A program made the position numbers and the translations under genes. From Raja brachyura (Eukaryota): 64,000 nucleotides of DNA. Shown here one piece after another: positions 1-14,179 of this stretch. The notes under the pieces were generated by a model that was given only the letters and a program-made list of their open reading frames with translations, was not told the origin of the DNA and ran no database searches. The stretch is from positions 11,904,001 through 11,968,000 of the forward strand of contig OY740821.1 of NCBI GenBank assembly GCA_963514005.1, written 5' to 3'. Position 1 is the stretch's first letter; each line of letters begins with the position of its first letter.

Positions 1-671
1 TTACTTTAAGTCCAAAAAAATGGATTCAACTGGTGAATAGAATGTTAATTTAAGGACATCTTAAATAAATTCGTAGTCCCTTGATGCTTAGAAGCATTAA
101 CAAGTAATCTGATTGAGCTGTTTAAAAAGTTAAAGGAGGCATATATAGTAGATACCTTGGAACTGTTTCTGCTGGTAAGGTAACCAAGAACAAAGGGACA
201 TTATGTTAAAGCCGTTTTTCCTTTCAGGATGGTAATCAGCCTTTCTCCAGAAATCAGAACTGTTCCTTAAACCTTTTGATACAGGGACAATTAGACCTCT
301 TGTAGGTTCTTTTTAAGAGAACAGAGATCTGGAACTAGGCAGGTAAATTGAGTTAAGATGAGTTAGAAGTGGCTTATTCTTCGTATGAATTACACAGCTG
401 GTTGTCATTCATCATCAACTGCAGACAGACATCTTCCCTTACCACCGTCACCCTTGCCAAGAACTGGTGACTCGACGATCGAGATGATGCATTCAGTTAT
501 CTCTGGCATCCCTTGATATTCCTCGCCTGTCTAAATACGATGATCTCTGCATGAGCCATGAAAGCATGAGCCTTGTTTGCTCTGCAAGCTCATTATGTTC
601 ATGTGGTTCACTTTCTACTCCTTGCGCATTTCTGGTAAACTATTGACCACCCAACAACTTCCATTGGCTTA

Positions 672-862
672 GGGGTACACAAAATGCTGGAGAAACTCAG
701 CGGGTGCAGCAGCATCTATGGAGCGAAGGAGATGGGCAACGTTTCGGGCCGAAACCCTTCTTCAGACCCTTCTTAAGGGTTTCGACCCTAAACGTTGCCT
801 ATCTCCCTCGCTCCATAGATGCTGCTGCACCCGCTGAGTTTCTCCAGCATTTTGTGTACCCT
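672..862. repeat. Inverted pair of Penelope-derived terminal repeats (hairpin) with a hammerhead motif
   Basis: GTACACAAAATGCTGGAGAAACTCAGCGGGTGCAGCAGCATCTATGGAGCGA and its exact reverse complement; minus strand 735-767 reads GTCTGAAGAAGGGTTTCGGCCCGAAACGTTGCC. Confidence 0.8.
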
Positions 863-3800
863 CGATTTTCCATCATCTGCAGTTCCTTCTTTAAAACTTC
901 CATTGGCTTCTTTGCTTTTTTTGGCAGTGGTTTGCTCTCCTGGTTTCATCTCGGTTCCTTTCTAACCTGCCAAGATCACCCCTCTCCTCTGAAATAAAAC
1001 AGCTTGTGACCATTCAGTCATTGTAAATTTAAACTCTACCGCTGACTTCTTCTCCAAAAAGCTTGATCATTTTCACCTCCCATATCCCTGCCTTTCTTTC
1101 CTATGTTTTGAACCTCTTTAATTTGTGCTTTGCCTCTGCTACTGCACAAAATAGTCTTGAACAAAGTCACAAATGATATGTTACGAATAATATCACCGTT
1201 TGGATCTAACCCTCATCTTTTGTACCCTTTATGAACCTTGTTACGGTTGATCGCACCATCCTCCAATATCTTGCAGTAATCCCGCCGAATAAGACTGCCT
1301 TTGCCCACTTCTGCAGTGACTCCACTATTTAAAAAGGCTAAGCAGTATGATGTTGGCCTTTTAGAATCCCGTATGGGTGGTGACAGCATTTGGATAAATG
1401 TGAACTGGTTTAAGGCTAGTGTGGGCTTTGTAACGGAATTTAAATCTAACAAATCATTTTTTTAAAATTAACGTGGTAGGTAACGCTATGTTACTTATCC
1501 TCTCTCAGTCATTCAAAGAAAAGTGGCAAATAAAGTAGATGGAATTGGAGGTAACATCAACTCGGGCAGGGAATTGGATATATGGCGATGGACAGATGTA
1601 GGGATAATAGTTATGTATTCCTATCCACAGGATTTGACTGGAGCTTCAATGTTTCATTAGTTTGTGAGCATAAAGCAATAAAGAGTTGCATATCTCTAAG
1701 TTTTCTGATGGTAATCAAGTGGCACTGTAAATTGTGTGGACAACAGTTACAAAGAGTCACCAACGAATGGACAAAAACATGGCGGGTGGAGCTCCGTGTG
1801 TGCCGTTACCGACTCTGAATCCACAGTCCTTTGTAAACTAGCATGCCAGGAATTTAATGAACAGATATTTGGGGTTTCCCCATTTGCAGAAATCACAAAT
1901 TACAGAAAAATTGAAAAGGCCGGTGAATTACTTGGATTCGGAATACAATCCAATGTAATATTACCTTGAATATAGGAGCTTAAAAGCCATTCACATGAGC
2001 GAAGGATTTAAAGGATTTGACAGGTACAGCAAGACTCTGTTAATGCAGTAAGCTTGGGAGTTAGTGCTGACAGGCCACTAGAGTTTCAGACTTCAACCTT
2101 TCAGACTATTACTGGTTTTCGGACTGCCCTTCACTCCACCCCCTTCCCCCAATTGATACTCCAATGCACTTTAAATTCACTTTTCTAAGAAGTTTCACAT
2201 TTTCCAATTAACCTGGTAAGTCTCAAGGCAGCAGTGGAAACAGAACCAGGTGAGTTTCAAGAGAGAGTGGGAACTGGGTGTGCTTGGGGTGGGGGTCAGT
2301 GTAGGGGGGTCTCGGTGTGCTCTGAGGTACTGGGGTAGGAGGAGGTCCCGGCGTTGTCTTCCGGGGGGGGGGGGGGTTCGCGTCCAGGAGCCCCCCAGTG
2401 AGTTAAGGGCCTAACTATCAGGATTTTCAAATGTTGGATTACAGGTTGTTTTACTATAGATAGAAACTTTCCTTTGGCCAGAGGGTCCAGAATAAGGGGT
2501 TGTAAAATGTAACAGCTTATCCTGTTTTAATGGTTGTGTTGGGGCTCATTACTTCATGCCAAGCTAATTGGAAATCTGGAACTCTTTCTTCCAAAAAGCT
2601 GTTGTGGCATTGTGCCAATGGGAAAACTTCAAATAATAAGTTGAAAGGTTTTTGTCACCTGTTGGAGTTCATGGTGAAAGAAACCCAAGATGGATAAATG
2701 GAGTCAAGGCATCTGCAATCGCTGGTCTCAGGATAAGAGATTGGCTCTGCTAAAATTGAATGCTGGATTGGCCTGGAAGTGATCAATTGCCTTCTCCTGT
2801 TACCTCTCCAGTTGAAGGCGGCTGAATGGCTTATTGCTATAGCACCTGAAGAACCCCCTGCAGATTTACATTTGTTTTTTAATTTAAAATCTGCATGCTG
2901 CCCTTTCACAAGACAGACATGGTGTTTGCTGTCACATGTTTGCTAATAAGCTTCAGCTTTGCCTTGCTGCCAACTCTCTCATCCCGTCTACTGGCTGATC
3001 TCGTTATCCAGAAGAATTGTCCTTCCATTAAACATTGGTAAGGCCAAAGACATCATCTTTGGAACGACTCCCTTAGCAACTAATTTCACACAACGCAACC
3101 GTATTCTGTCTCAGGCAGAAACAGACTGCAGTCACTGTGTTCTGTTTTACCCTGAGCCAAGTGTTGAGATGTATCTGATCTTTCACAAAATAAATCCACA
3201 TCAAACTCTGCAGCATCATCCTTCACAGTCACGCTCATCTGAGAACTTCAACCATGCCTTTTCCACTTCCATATTTTATTCTTCAAATTCTCTTATTCAG
3301 CGTCCATTTTCTGCCCTCTACGCCATCAAAATCACCGCAGTCCTTATCCTGTCATGCATCATTCCCCCCTCAACCCTGTGCTTGCTTGCCTGTCTTGGCT
3401 CCCTGTGTCTTTGAGCCTCAGACTTGGGTCCAAAGCCTTCTATTTCCTTCTGCTTTGCAATTCTCCCAACTTTCCTCTCAACTCTGGCTTTTAGATTCAA
3501 AACGCCCAGTTTCAGGTGACCAAGAACTTTCAGTGCAAATTTCTCAATATTACTGATTAAACAGATACAAGTTTTTATTTTGAATCATACTTGTGTTTCT
3601 CAGTAAAACTGTTGTCCTTTTTGATTGTACCGTGATGTTTGTACAGCCATGATCTGTTTGATACGGGAAAGCTTCTATGTCCATGAGCACAACAAAAAAA
3701 TTTTGATCATGACAACATCTGAACTTATCAGTGTTCTAAAACATTTCTGACTGGGATTTACTCTTGTCATAATTCTGTTTTAACATTTTCAAAGGCTTCA

Positions 3801-4399
3801 GTGGACCTAACCCTGACTTGTTCAAACCATCTTTGTTATGTGTTAACGTGTACATCTTGTTGACAGTCACACCGTGGTTTCAGGGACGAACACGTAGGTT
3901 AAATTGCAACTGCATCCTATTTACTTGGACAGGTTCATTTCTTCTCAACTCACGGCCTGTTTTAAATGTTCATTTCAGTCTTTCATGGTGTGCTGGGGTA
4001 GAAATTGCTGTCAATTTTTAATCCAGGGTTTTTTTAAAACCATGAGTTAAGGCAACTGCTGGTGGAAACTGCATTATTTGCAGTCAAAATGGAGTTGTTA
4101 AAAGTGGTCACGCACTCTACTCTTGTGGCCTCCTCTACACGAGACATCTAGAGTATTAAATACGGTAAGATAAAGTGAAGGATGCGCAATACGTTTGGGG
4201 CTCTGGGAGATGGAAGGAGAGAACGTTAAAAAGGTTTACATTTGCAATGGAAGGTCTTCTGGGAAGGAGAATAGGAGATCAGCAGACTGAGGGGTGTCAC
4301 AGGGAATCTTACCAATGGTTTCCAAGATGACATCCTTTTTTTTTTTAGGGTAAGAGTGGAATCAAGAGAAAGTGAATAGGCTGAACCAATAAATCTACC

Positions 4400-4492
4400 A
4401 GGGCTGAAGAAGGGTCCCAACCCAAAACGTCATCTATCTGTGTTCTCCAGAGATGCTGCCTGGCCCACTGTTACTCCAGCATTTTGTGTCCT
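4400..4492 (+). repeat. Penelope terminal-repeat copy, hammerhead core mutated (GAAA to AAAA)
   Basis: CTGAAGAAGGGTCCCAACCCAAAACGTCA...AGAGATGCTGCC...CTCCAGCATTTTGTGTC. Confidence 0.7.
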
Positions 4493-4939
4493 TTGATCTA
4501 CCACAGTGATTTTTGCCTGTGGATTTTGAGGAGGAGGTATAACTGAGCTGGGTATGAATCGGGGGTGATCAGTTTTGAATAAAATCGCCAAAGCAGCCCA
4601 GGTCAGTGATAGCTAGGAAAGGTAGCTTGAGGCTGAGTTGGATTATGGTCCAGAGGGAGTCCCCAGGATTTGTCAGAGTCAATGCTCAGCCTCTGCAGTG
4701 GAGAGAATTAGTCCTGTTCAATCAAACTGCAGGACAGTATGAATATAAAACGTAAAATTTTGGGTGGAACGATGCTAGTAGAAAAGATGGTTTCCAGTTG
4801 AGGCAAGAATAAATTGACGGATACATATTTAATTCTGAAACTAGGATTACAGGAAAATGGGAAACTTGTCTCGATGTAGTTTAGTCGTGGGATTTGCTCC
4901 CAGCGTTTGAGTTTAAAATGGCACTCAACTTTTCAAGTA

Positions 4940-5650
4940 AAAGCTAAAGATGCTGGAGATCTGAAATAAAAACACATTCTGGTAATGAGCAGCAGGTCAG
5001 ATAGCATCTGTGGAAAGAATATGTAAAAATGTCAGTTTCCATATACTTTGTCAGAATTGGGAAAGAAAACAGGTTGGCTTTAAGTGGCAGAGGGTGAAGG
5101 AGGGATGATAGGTCAAAGGAAGTATTTCAGAAAGGGCGAGTTCAGGATTGCCATGTGGATCAACTCTTGAAATAGTTTAGCTGATGCATTAATGAGAGAA
5201 AGTAGATATAAAATGAACTGAGAAAATTTTAAAAGATATGAGATGAGGGCACTTGGAGAACATAGAGGTATGTGGAGGTGTAGGGAATGTGAAGCAGACC
5301 AGGTGGTGCGAACAGAGAGTGGATAACAGCCATTATTGTAGTTGGATAACCTACAGCAGAACAGGGCAGTTATGATGTAAATAGAGAACAAGTTACCTGA
5401 AGTTTTCAAATTCAATATTGAGTGCAATGTGCCCATACGTGCTGTTCCCGAAGCTTGCGTTTTCTTATGTACCTCATATCAACAATGCAGGAGGTCACAG
5501 ATAGTTTAGAATGGGCAGGAGAATTGAACTGGCAGGCAAAAGGGAGCTTGGGGTCAGCCATGTTTGCTGAACACTGGTGCTCCACATAGCAGTCACTCAG
5601 TCAGTATTTGTTTTTAGTTTCCTTGAAAAGGGGGGGCACATTCTGAGTTC
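4940..5650 (-). mobile_element. Old Penelope-like element remnant
   Basis: Degenerate terminal repeat (AGATGCTGG...GCAGGTCAGATAGCATCTGTGG) followed by sequence resembling the GIY-YIG-coding end seen at 44340-44520. Confidence 0.5.
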
Positions 5651-8039
5651 TGTGGTCACAGTGACTGGCTGACCCAGTTGGTTTGTCATAATTTAAAAAT
5701 ACTGTTTGTTGGAGAAAATCAGGGAGCAGACATTTTGTGAAGTTACCCAGTGTCGTGTCACAAATATGTGATGTAACACTGGGTGACGACAGTGAGATGA
5801 GTGAATGATCACCGATCCCTTATCAGGCCCCTGCAGTAGAACGTTGACAGTAGATTTGGGGAGGCTTTGTACAATATCTACTCCCACAAATATTTGTAGT
5901 TGATGTTTTATATTTTTAAAAACGATTGCTGTATTATCTTTTGTAACATTTTATGTTGTTAATTCAATAGAATCCAAGTATAAGTGTAATCTTCTGCCAA
6001 ACTTTGTGCAACTTGTCCTTTTTAGCATCGAAGAAACAGTGAGCCTTGTTTTAATATGTTCCACAGATTCCTAGTACTAAACTTGAATGTAGGCTAAAGT
6101 TGAGCATGAGCTCAACAGTAAGATTACTCCAGCAGTCCAGCAGAATGAATGTTACTGCAGCTGGTGACCTGTTCCTAAAAGGCTGTGGAAGCAGTCTTTT
6201 AATTTTTTTTTTAAAGCAAGGGTACATTGATACTTGATAAGCATGAGGGTGAAAGATTGCATTGGTAGATCAGAATGCAGTGGGCTTATTAAATGGGTTG
6301 AGGGGCCAAGTAGCCTCCTGCTCCACTTTAAATTCATAAGTCGTGGTGCACTAATAATAAATGAATATAAAATGTGCGAATAATTCATAACATTGTTCTG
6401 TGGCAACATTGAAACAATTGTGATCAGTGAAATGATGCTGCCATCTGGATATCACCTTGGATTTGTGTATCTTGCTTGAGCATCCTGCAGCATTTATGCC
6501 AGTCCTTGCTGTTGTACAAGTTGCAACCTTTCATTCCTAACCATTGTTTTCTGTACACAATTACACACCACTTCCTCCAAAAAATATTGTGATGTCTTTA
6601 AGCCTTCAACTGTTAAGTGTGCAATATTTTTGTGGTTTTTGCTGTATTCAATTTAAGCATGGGAAGATCCCATTTATTCTATGCCACATGTTTATTGCAG
6701 TTTTCAGCTATTGGGCCATTCTTTGGAAAGTGAACCAAAATGTCACACATGTTACCAAATGGCATCACATAAAGTAATACATCAAAAAATTATTTTAAGA
6801 GATTAATCTTATTCATTGCTATTTTCCTACCTACAGAACTATAATGCATGTCTGCTAAAGAGATGAACATTCTAGCTTTTTAAAATTCACAAGAGTTTGT
6901 AAGATAAAACTGAGTTATGAAAGAAAATGCTTTTGTGTGATCTCACATACGTGACCAGTCATATTTGACCTCTGACCCTAAGCAAACATTGTCAGCATAA
7001 CAATTATTTCACTTGATAAACTTCGGGGGGGGGAGAAAATAGCATTAGTTATTCTTTAACTGATAGGATTGAACTAATTTGTGATTGTTTCAAAGAGCTG
7101 TATGTTGAACTGGGGCACCTTGACTAAACTACGAGCAGTTACGTTATTCAATACATTTGTGCTGGGAATCATTTCTGTAATGGCATTTTGTTAGCAAGAT
7201 AGTTGTTCGTTCCTTTCGAATTCAAGTCTTTCAAAAAAGTGTTATTTTTAACAATTAGAGAAGTATTTCTTTGCCGCATATTATTGGTAAAATGGTGGGT
7301 TTTGTATCTGGAGTGATGTGAAGACAAATATTGACGAGAGATGTTTGATTCCTAGCTAATTTCCCAACTAAAAAGCTGTTTAGGAATATCTATAATAATA
7401 ATAAAAATGCTGATTCCGTTGAATTCCCATTGTAACGTGCCCTTTTGTATCATGAGTGCTTCTTCCGGGGCAATTTCCAAAGTCAAAGCAAATAGGGAGC
7501 TCCAAGGGTAAAACTGTAGGGTGGCACTTTCTGTAAGGCTACTCAAAAATTGGAAAGCAAGTCGGAATTAATAAACTAGGTGATTTATGTAGAAGGGCCT
7601 GTTCCTGTGCTGTAGTGTTCTAAGCAGATTAAAGCAAATATATCTGTGGACTGTGGTTGAATGAATATGTACATAAATGTCTGCTGGTTCAGCAGAGCTT
7701 TACAATACTGTTTCCTCGTTAAATAAAATGCCACATTCTACTAATTTTGCAGCTTGATCTATTTTCTTTTTCATTTAAATTAGCAATTCACTGAAATGAA
7801 AGCTTGAAGATGTATAATGTGCAATAATAAATTTAATGGGCTAACAGGGTTTTTATGAAAGCAATGTCAGTGGGTTGAACCTAAAGAGCAACACCATGCC
7901 CCTACTTATGATTATGATTGTTGTAATATTTATTGCATGTGGATTGCACCTTCAATGTTAGAAAAGGGAAGACATGAGAGAGTTAAGAGTTTTGAAGTTT
8001 GTGCATTGGGTAAACTCGTCCAGATATGGGTTTTAATGT

Positions 8040-8310
8040 ACATTTTTCAAAAGAAACTTCCATTTATACAGTAGCTTTATGATCTCGAAGTTCCAATACA
8101 CCTTTCTAGCCAATTAAATACTTAACTGAAGTGTAGTCACTGTTGTAATAAGCATGATGCAGCAGCTAGTTTGCAGACAGCATGATCCTGCAACAGCTAA
8201 ACAATAATGGACCCCCCCCCCCTCTTTTATTGATGTTTATTAAGGGATAAATAGTGGCCTAGTCTCAATGGGGAAAATTCCCCTGCTGTTTTGAAATAAT
8301 GCAATGAGAC
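8040..8310 (-). mobile_element. Ancient DeuSINE (SacSINE1-like) fragment
   Basis: AAGTGTAGTCACTGTTGTAAT...AGGGATAAATA...CCCCTGCT...AAATAATGCAATG; similar to the copy at 59990-60362. Confidence 0.55.
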
Positions 8311-8319
8311 CCATAACAA

Positions 8320-9490
8320 GAGTCAAGAATGTTTTATTGTCGTATGAAATGAAATTCTTACTTGCTGCAGCACAACAGAATATGTGAATATGTAAACATA
8401 GTACATAACGGGAGAAGAGAAAAAAAGAAAAAGTTCAATAAATGACATATAGTGCAAATAACAAATAATAATATAGTCTTTTGCAGTTCAGAGTTCAGAG
8501 CTTATTCATTGTTTAATAGCCTGATGGCTGTAGGGAAGAAGCTGTTCCTGAACCTGGACATTACAGTTTTCAGGCTCCTGTACCTTCTTCCTGATGGCAA
8601 TGGTGAGATGAGTGTGTGGTCAGGATGGTGTGGGTACTTGATGATTTTGGCTGCCTTATTGAGGCAGCGACTACGATAGATCCCTTCGATGGTGGGGAGG
8701 TCAAAGCTGGTGATGGACTGGGCAGTGATCACAACTTTTTGTAGTCTTTTTCGCTCCTGAACGTTCAAGTTGCCGAACCAGGCCGTGATGCAACTAGTCA
8801 GTATGCTCTCCACCGTGCACCTGTAGAAGTTTAGGAGAATCCTCTTTGACATGCCGAATCTCCGTAATCTTCTCAGGAAGTAGAGGCGCTGATGTGCCTT
8901 CTTTATAATTGCATCGGTGTGCTGGGTCCAGGAAAGATCTTCGGAAATATGCATGCCCAGGAATTTGAGGTTATTGACCCTCTCCACCATCGTCCCACTG
9001 ATATGAACAGGATTGTGGGTCCTCATCCTTCCCTAACCAAAGTCCACAATCAGCTCCTTGGTCTTACAGATGTTGAGAGCCAGGTTGTGCTGGCACCATT
9101 GGGTCAGTCGATCGATCTCACTTCTATACTCTGACACGTCCCCATCTGTGGTTCGTACAACCACAGTGGTGTCGTAGACTAACTTGATGATGGAGTTTGC
9201 ATTATGTCCGGCCACGCAGTGATGGGTATAGAGCGAGTAAAGCAGGGGGCTGAGCACGCAGCCTTGCTCCCGTACTAATTGTTACTGAAGATGAAGTGGT
9301 TCCTCCAATTTGAACAGACTGTGGTCTGTGGATGAGGAAGTCGAGGATCCAATTGCAGAGGGATGCGCAGAGGCCCAGTTCCGTGAGCTTGGTAACCAGC
9401 TTGGAAGGGATGATGGTAGTAAACGCCTAGCTGTAGTCTATAAACAACAGCCTGACGTGGGTGTTTTATTGTCCAAGTGGTCCAGTGCGT
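8320..9490 (-). mobile_element. 5'-truncated Rex1/Babar-type LINE (decayed RT C-terminus)
   Basis: Broken ORFs [31 protein letters not shown] and RLYFLRRLRRFG..FYRCTVESILT..LPSGRRYRS..RFRNSFFPTAIRLLN. Confidence 0.9.
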
Positions 9491-9865
9491 AGTGGAGTCC
9501 AAAAACAATAGGAAAGAACAAGAGCATAATAATACTCCAATTATAAAGGGGAGAGAGAGAGAGAACCTCAAACTTTTTTTGTTTGAACCTGAAGCAGTAA
9601 ATTCTATACAAACTTTTCCTATTTGTAACTCCCCAAGAGTTGATTTGCAGTTTGTGGTGAATTGTTTTAAAACGTTACCGTAAGGGTCAGTGACCGCTTA
9701 CAGGAAATGAGACCCAGCAGGTTTTATTATCTGGCAGGCTGTGATCCCAGAAAGGACTGAGACATGGGGCACTGTGCAGTCCCAATGTGATTTATATTTG
9801 CCATCTCGTAACTTGCATTGTGTTCTTGAGTCTTGGTTTACTGTAACAGAGAATGCTTATTTACG

Positions 9866-11308
9866 AGGATATTTACGAGGATCTTCAACCTGTCTCTATC
9901 TCTGGCAACGGTCCCCAAGTGCCTGAAGACAGCTACCATAGTGCCGGTGCCGAAAAAGTGTAAAGTCACCAACCTGAATGACTACCGCCCGGTTGCCCTA
10001 ACTCCAATACCAATGAAGTGCTTTGAAAGGCTGGTCCTCTCCCACATCAAATCCAGCATCCCTGCATCATTGGACTCTCATCAATTTGCATACAGGGCAA
10101 ATAGATCCACAGAGGATGCCATCTCTGTGGCTCTTCACACTGTCCTGACCCACCTGGAAAGACAGGGCACCTATGTGAGGATGCTCTTCATTGAATATAG
10201 CTCTGCCTTCAATACGGTCATCCCACCAAGCTCACCACCAAACTCCACCAGCTAGGCCTCAGCTCACTGATATGCAATTGGATCCTGAATTTTCTGACGG
10301 AGCGACCGCAGGCAGTGAGACTGGGGCCGCACCTGTCCTCCACTATCACCCTGAGCACCGGCACACCACAGGGCTGTGTACTGAGCCCCATGCTCTACTC
10401 CCTCTTCACCCACGACTGTGTCCCTACATTTGACAACAACACCATTGTCAAGTTTGCAGACGACACAACGGTGATCGGGCTGATCACCAACGGTGATGAA
10501 ACAAACTATAGAGCGGAGGTGCAGAACCTGGCGGACTGGTGCTCACGGACCAACTTGTCGCTAAACGCCTCCAAGACTAAGGCGTTGATTATCGACTTCA
10601 GGAGGTCACAGAATGGGGAATACGCCCCAATCTCCATCTACGGAGCCAGTGTGGAGAGAGTGTCCAGCTTCAAGTTTCTGGACACTCACATCTCAGTGGA
10701 CCTCACATGGTCGACCAACACTGCTGCGCTGGTCAAAAAGGCACAGCACTTCCTAAGAACATTGAAACGGACTGGTGTGCCCCAACAGCTGCTGACGACC
10801 TTCTACCGCTGCACCACAGAGAGCATACTAACGTATGGCATCTCTGTGTGGTATCTCAGCTGCACGGAGAAGAGAGCTCTTCAGCGCGTTGTCCACAGAG
10901 CGCAACAGATTATTGGGACACGCTACCAGCCTTAGAGGGCACCTACTGCACATGGTGCCTTAGGAAGGCCGTCAGCATACGTAAAGACTCCTCTCACCCT
11001 TGTAATGGACTGTTCGAACTACTCCCTTCCGGCAGACGTTACAAGGCCTTCTACGCCCGCACTACCAGACTCAGGAACAGCTTCATTCCCAGAGCTATAG
11101 CGGCTCTGAACCGGCCCTGCTGAGTACCCCCACCCCCATGGACTGTCTCCCCCGGCCTCGCACTTTAGTCTGTGTTGATGTTACTGGTCAAATGTTCGTT
11201 TTTACAAACCTTGTTCTCGGGGGTTGCAAACCAAAATCTCGAAGTTGCAAACCAAATCTCGTTGCACTTATGTGTAATGACATTAAAATATTATTATTAT
11301 TATTATTA
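9866..11308 (+). mobile_element. 5'-truncated Rex1/Babar-type LINE with (TTA)n tail
   Basis: [58 protein letters not shown] across frameshifted ORFs; ends in (tta)n near 11290-11308. Confidence 0.92.
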
Positions 11309-13010
11309 CTGTGAGCAGTTGACCATAATGAGTGGCAAGGTTTTATAACTGCAGATAAATTGGTGGTTTAGGCCTACCCAAGCTACCATCTTTCACGAAA
11401 GAGTGATCTTGCGCGTCTGTTGCTCGATTTGGAACTGCAATTATTTGTTGTCTTGTGATACAGCCAGTTTAATAAACTTGTTTGAAAAGGTAGCATTGGT
11501 TGTGACATAATTAAAGCATATATGCATAGTCATTTGATTATAAGCATAAAATGTAATAATTTAGAATAATTGAAGTGAGCGCCTGTCGTCTTAAGAATTT
11601 TTTTCATCTTTAGTTTGACTTCCTCAGTTGCAAACTACTTGTACTTTGAGCTTTTTTTGCAGCAGCAGAACTGCTTTGGACCAGGATTGTTCATTCTTCA
11701 ATTCCTGCCCTTTATTTTTAAATGGAATACTTATTCAATCCTGAATCTATTTCCTGAACACTATTTCATTATGGTACACTGTCGTCTTTCATTTAATGTG
11801 AAGTTTGCATGTAAGCTGGATAAGTCTTGATGACTGAAATTCTCATTCTTAATCTCTATTAAAGTTTGGTTCTCTTTCAGTTTACCCATGCTTGCCTATA
11901 CATTGTCGTTTGACCCCCTCCTAACTCTGATATTTGAGATTCTGTTTTCCTACCAGAGAGTTTACATGTCCATCCTAGGTTACGGCAGGGTTCTGTGAAC
12001 TGTGAACTGTTCACAACCCGAATAGTTCATGAGTCAGAAATGCGTCTGCGAACCATGTTCCCACGCAGCAGAAGGTGCTTGCAGCCCCACAGCAGCTGTC
12101 AAATCCACCCCGCCGTGTCCCAAACGCTTGTTCATGTGTATGGGCTGGCTTAAGTTGGCCGTTCCTAAATTGGGGAGGAAGTGACCAAACTAGCACAAGG
12201 CATTGTGATTTTGGAAGAGCATATGATGGCAGTTTAAGATCCTACATATCAGAAGACCAAGTACCCAAAACAGATCACTGGAGCAAGTTACAGTGGGTCT
12301 GCTGATGCATGAAGGAGTTAAATTGACATAATGTATCTACAATTCATCTGTATATTCTCCAATGTGGTAGTGCAGCAAAGCATCAAGCTGTACACGTGTG
12401 CTCTGTAGACTCGGTATGTGCCATGCCAAGTTTTCATTGTTGGATCTTCCTGACTTGGGTCTTTTAGTTTCATGATGGCTTTATACTGAAGTCTCTTCAT
12501 CTTTAGAATCCTGCTTTAAACTGGCCTATATGAGCTCCCCCGCTGCTCCTCCTGTGAAATGGGGAGCAGGTGCGGAATTGATTCTTATGTTCTGAACTGC
12601 CTTTTGGTTATTTTTCATGGTTGCCTTTTCTAATGGAGACTGTTTACATTTTCTGTCTCTTGTTCTGCCACCTTTGCTGGTTCACCCGTTATCATTGTAG
12701 AAATTTGCAGTTCAGGAGCTCTGTAACGAAAAAAACCTGCCTGAAACCTCATTGGCAGAGAAATGTTATTTTCAAGGTAATGTCAGTTTGGTCAGTTATC
12801 CAAGGAGCAGTTCTTAAGGATTGAGAATTTCTGTGTAAACCTGCTCCAGGGAACGTGTGTACATCCAGTTGTGTTTTTTGGGAGTGGAGGAGGCAATCAA
12901 AATGTCAACCCAGGTATCCGAGCGGGAAAATAATGTTTCCTTGATGCCGCATATTAATGTTGCAAGTGAGTTTTCAATTTTTGTTTTGTAATTCTGTCTC
13001 CTGTTTCTAG

Positions 13011-13148
13011 GGAAGAAGAAGCAGAAAAAGGGAAAGACTTTGACCCTGACCGACTTTCTGGCAGAGGATGGCGGAGGGAATACCCCAGTCTACATTCCCT
13101 CGAAGCCAGTCAGCTGGGCAGATGAGACCGATGACATGGATAATGAAG
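13011..13148 (+). CDS. EIF4B: EIF4B coding exon 2 (138 nt; exon 1 not found in window)
   Basis: ttctag|GG...GAAG|gtaag; translates (G)KKKQKKGKTLTLTDFLAEDGGGNTPVYIPSKPVSWADETDDMDNE, matching the vertebrate eIF4B N-terminus (KKKNKKGKTISLTDFLAEDGG...KPVSWADETDD, from recall). Confidence 0.97.
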
Positions 13149-13369
13149 GTAAGATGATATGTTGGCGATTAACAGATTAATTGCATAAATTCTAGGAATA
13201 GAATTAGGCCACTCGGCCCATCATGTCTACTCCGCCATTCAGTCTGATCTATCTTTCCCTTCAAAACCATTCTTATGCCATCGCCCTATAACCCCTGACA
13301 CCCTTTGTGTTTGTAGCCTTTAATATACAATGCTTCCATCAATGAATTGCTCGCTCGAAACTGTTCACG

Positions 13370-13580
13370 AAAACCTTTGTCTCACGAATTTGAGTTTTTT
13401 GAAGCAACCAAGAAGGTCAACGAGGGTAGGGCAGTAGACATAGTCTATATCGACTTTTAACAAAACCTTTAAGGTTCTTCATGGTAGACTATTCTGGGAT
13501 GTTGGATGGGTCACATGGGATCCAGGGAGTGGCAGCTAATTGGATATGGAATTGGCTTGATGGTAGGATGCATGAATACA
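13370..13580 (+). mobile_element. CR1 LINE RT fragment
   Basis: Decayed match to the CR1 'CLTNL.EFFE..T..VDEG.AVD.VY.DF.KAF.KV.H.RL' region. Confidence 0.65.
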
Positions 13581-14179
13581 TATTGTAAACAGTCCCCACT
13601 GCTCACAGGTTGCCAATCTAAAAATGACCACCTTAACACAACGTGCTGCTGCTTGCTCATTAGTCAATCCTCTGTTTAACTTCTGCCTCCATAGGCTCTG
13701 GTGATGTAACATTTCACACGATACCTTGTCAAATATCCAAACACAAAGCATCTGTCTACTCTTGTCGACTCCCTGGGAAAAAAAAATCTGATAAATTAGT
13801 CGGACTCTGTTTCCCATTCATGGAGCTGTGCTGACTTTGTCTGATTAGTTTATGATCATTCAATTGTTTTACATTTAATTGATAATTGATTTAAATATTT
13901 TTCCAAGATGCAAGGCCAATCGGCCTACGTTTTTGTCTTGGTTTTTTTGAACAATGTCACATTATCATTTTTTTTCCATCCTCTGGCGCCTAAGGTTTTT
14001 TGCAACATTTTTACCAATGCTTCCGCTATCTCAGAAGCCGCTTCTTTTAGGATCTGAGGATGCCAGCTATCCGGGCCAGAAGACATCAGCATTTAGCCCA
14101 TTAGTTTGCCTGGCACCTAGTCTCTAATGATGGTATTTAATTCCTCCAGCTTTATTTAGTATTAATGGGAAGTTCATAG

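Noticed and set aside
2363-2376. Long G/C homopolymers (also near 43140, 43950, 47630, 56870)
   Set aside because: Simple runs, mostly inside repeats, with lengths prone to sequencing error; no specific function is supportable.
2959-3556. ORFs of 100-151 aa
   Set aside because: Look like highly decayed L2-type LINE sequence; no splice structure or recognisable protein.
1-13010. EIF4B exon 1 / promoter
   Set aside because: No CpG island or MAAS-type ATG with a phase-1 donor was found; exon 1 probably lies upstream of the window.
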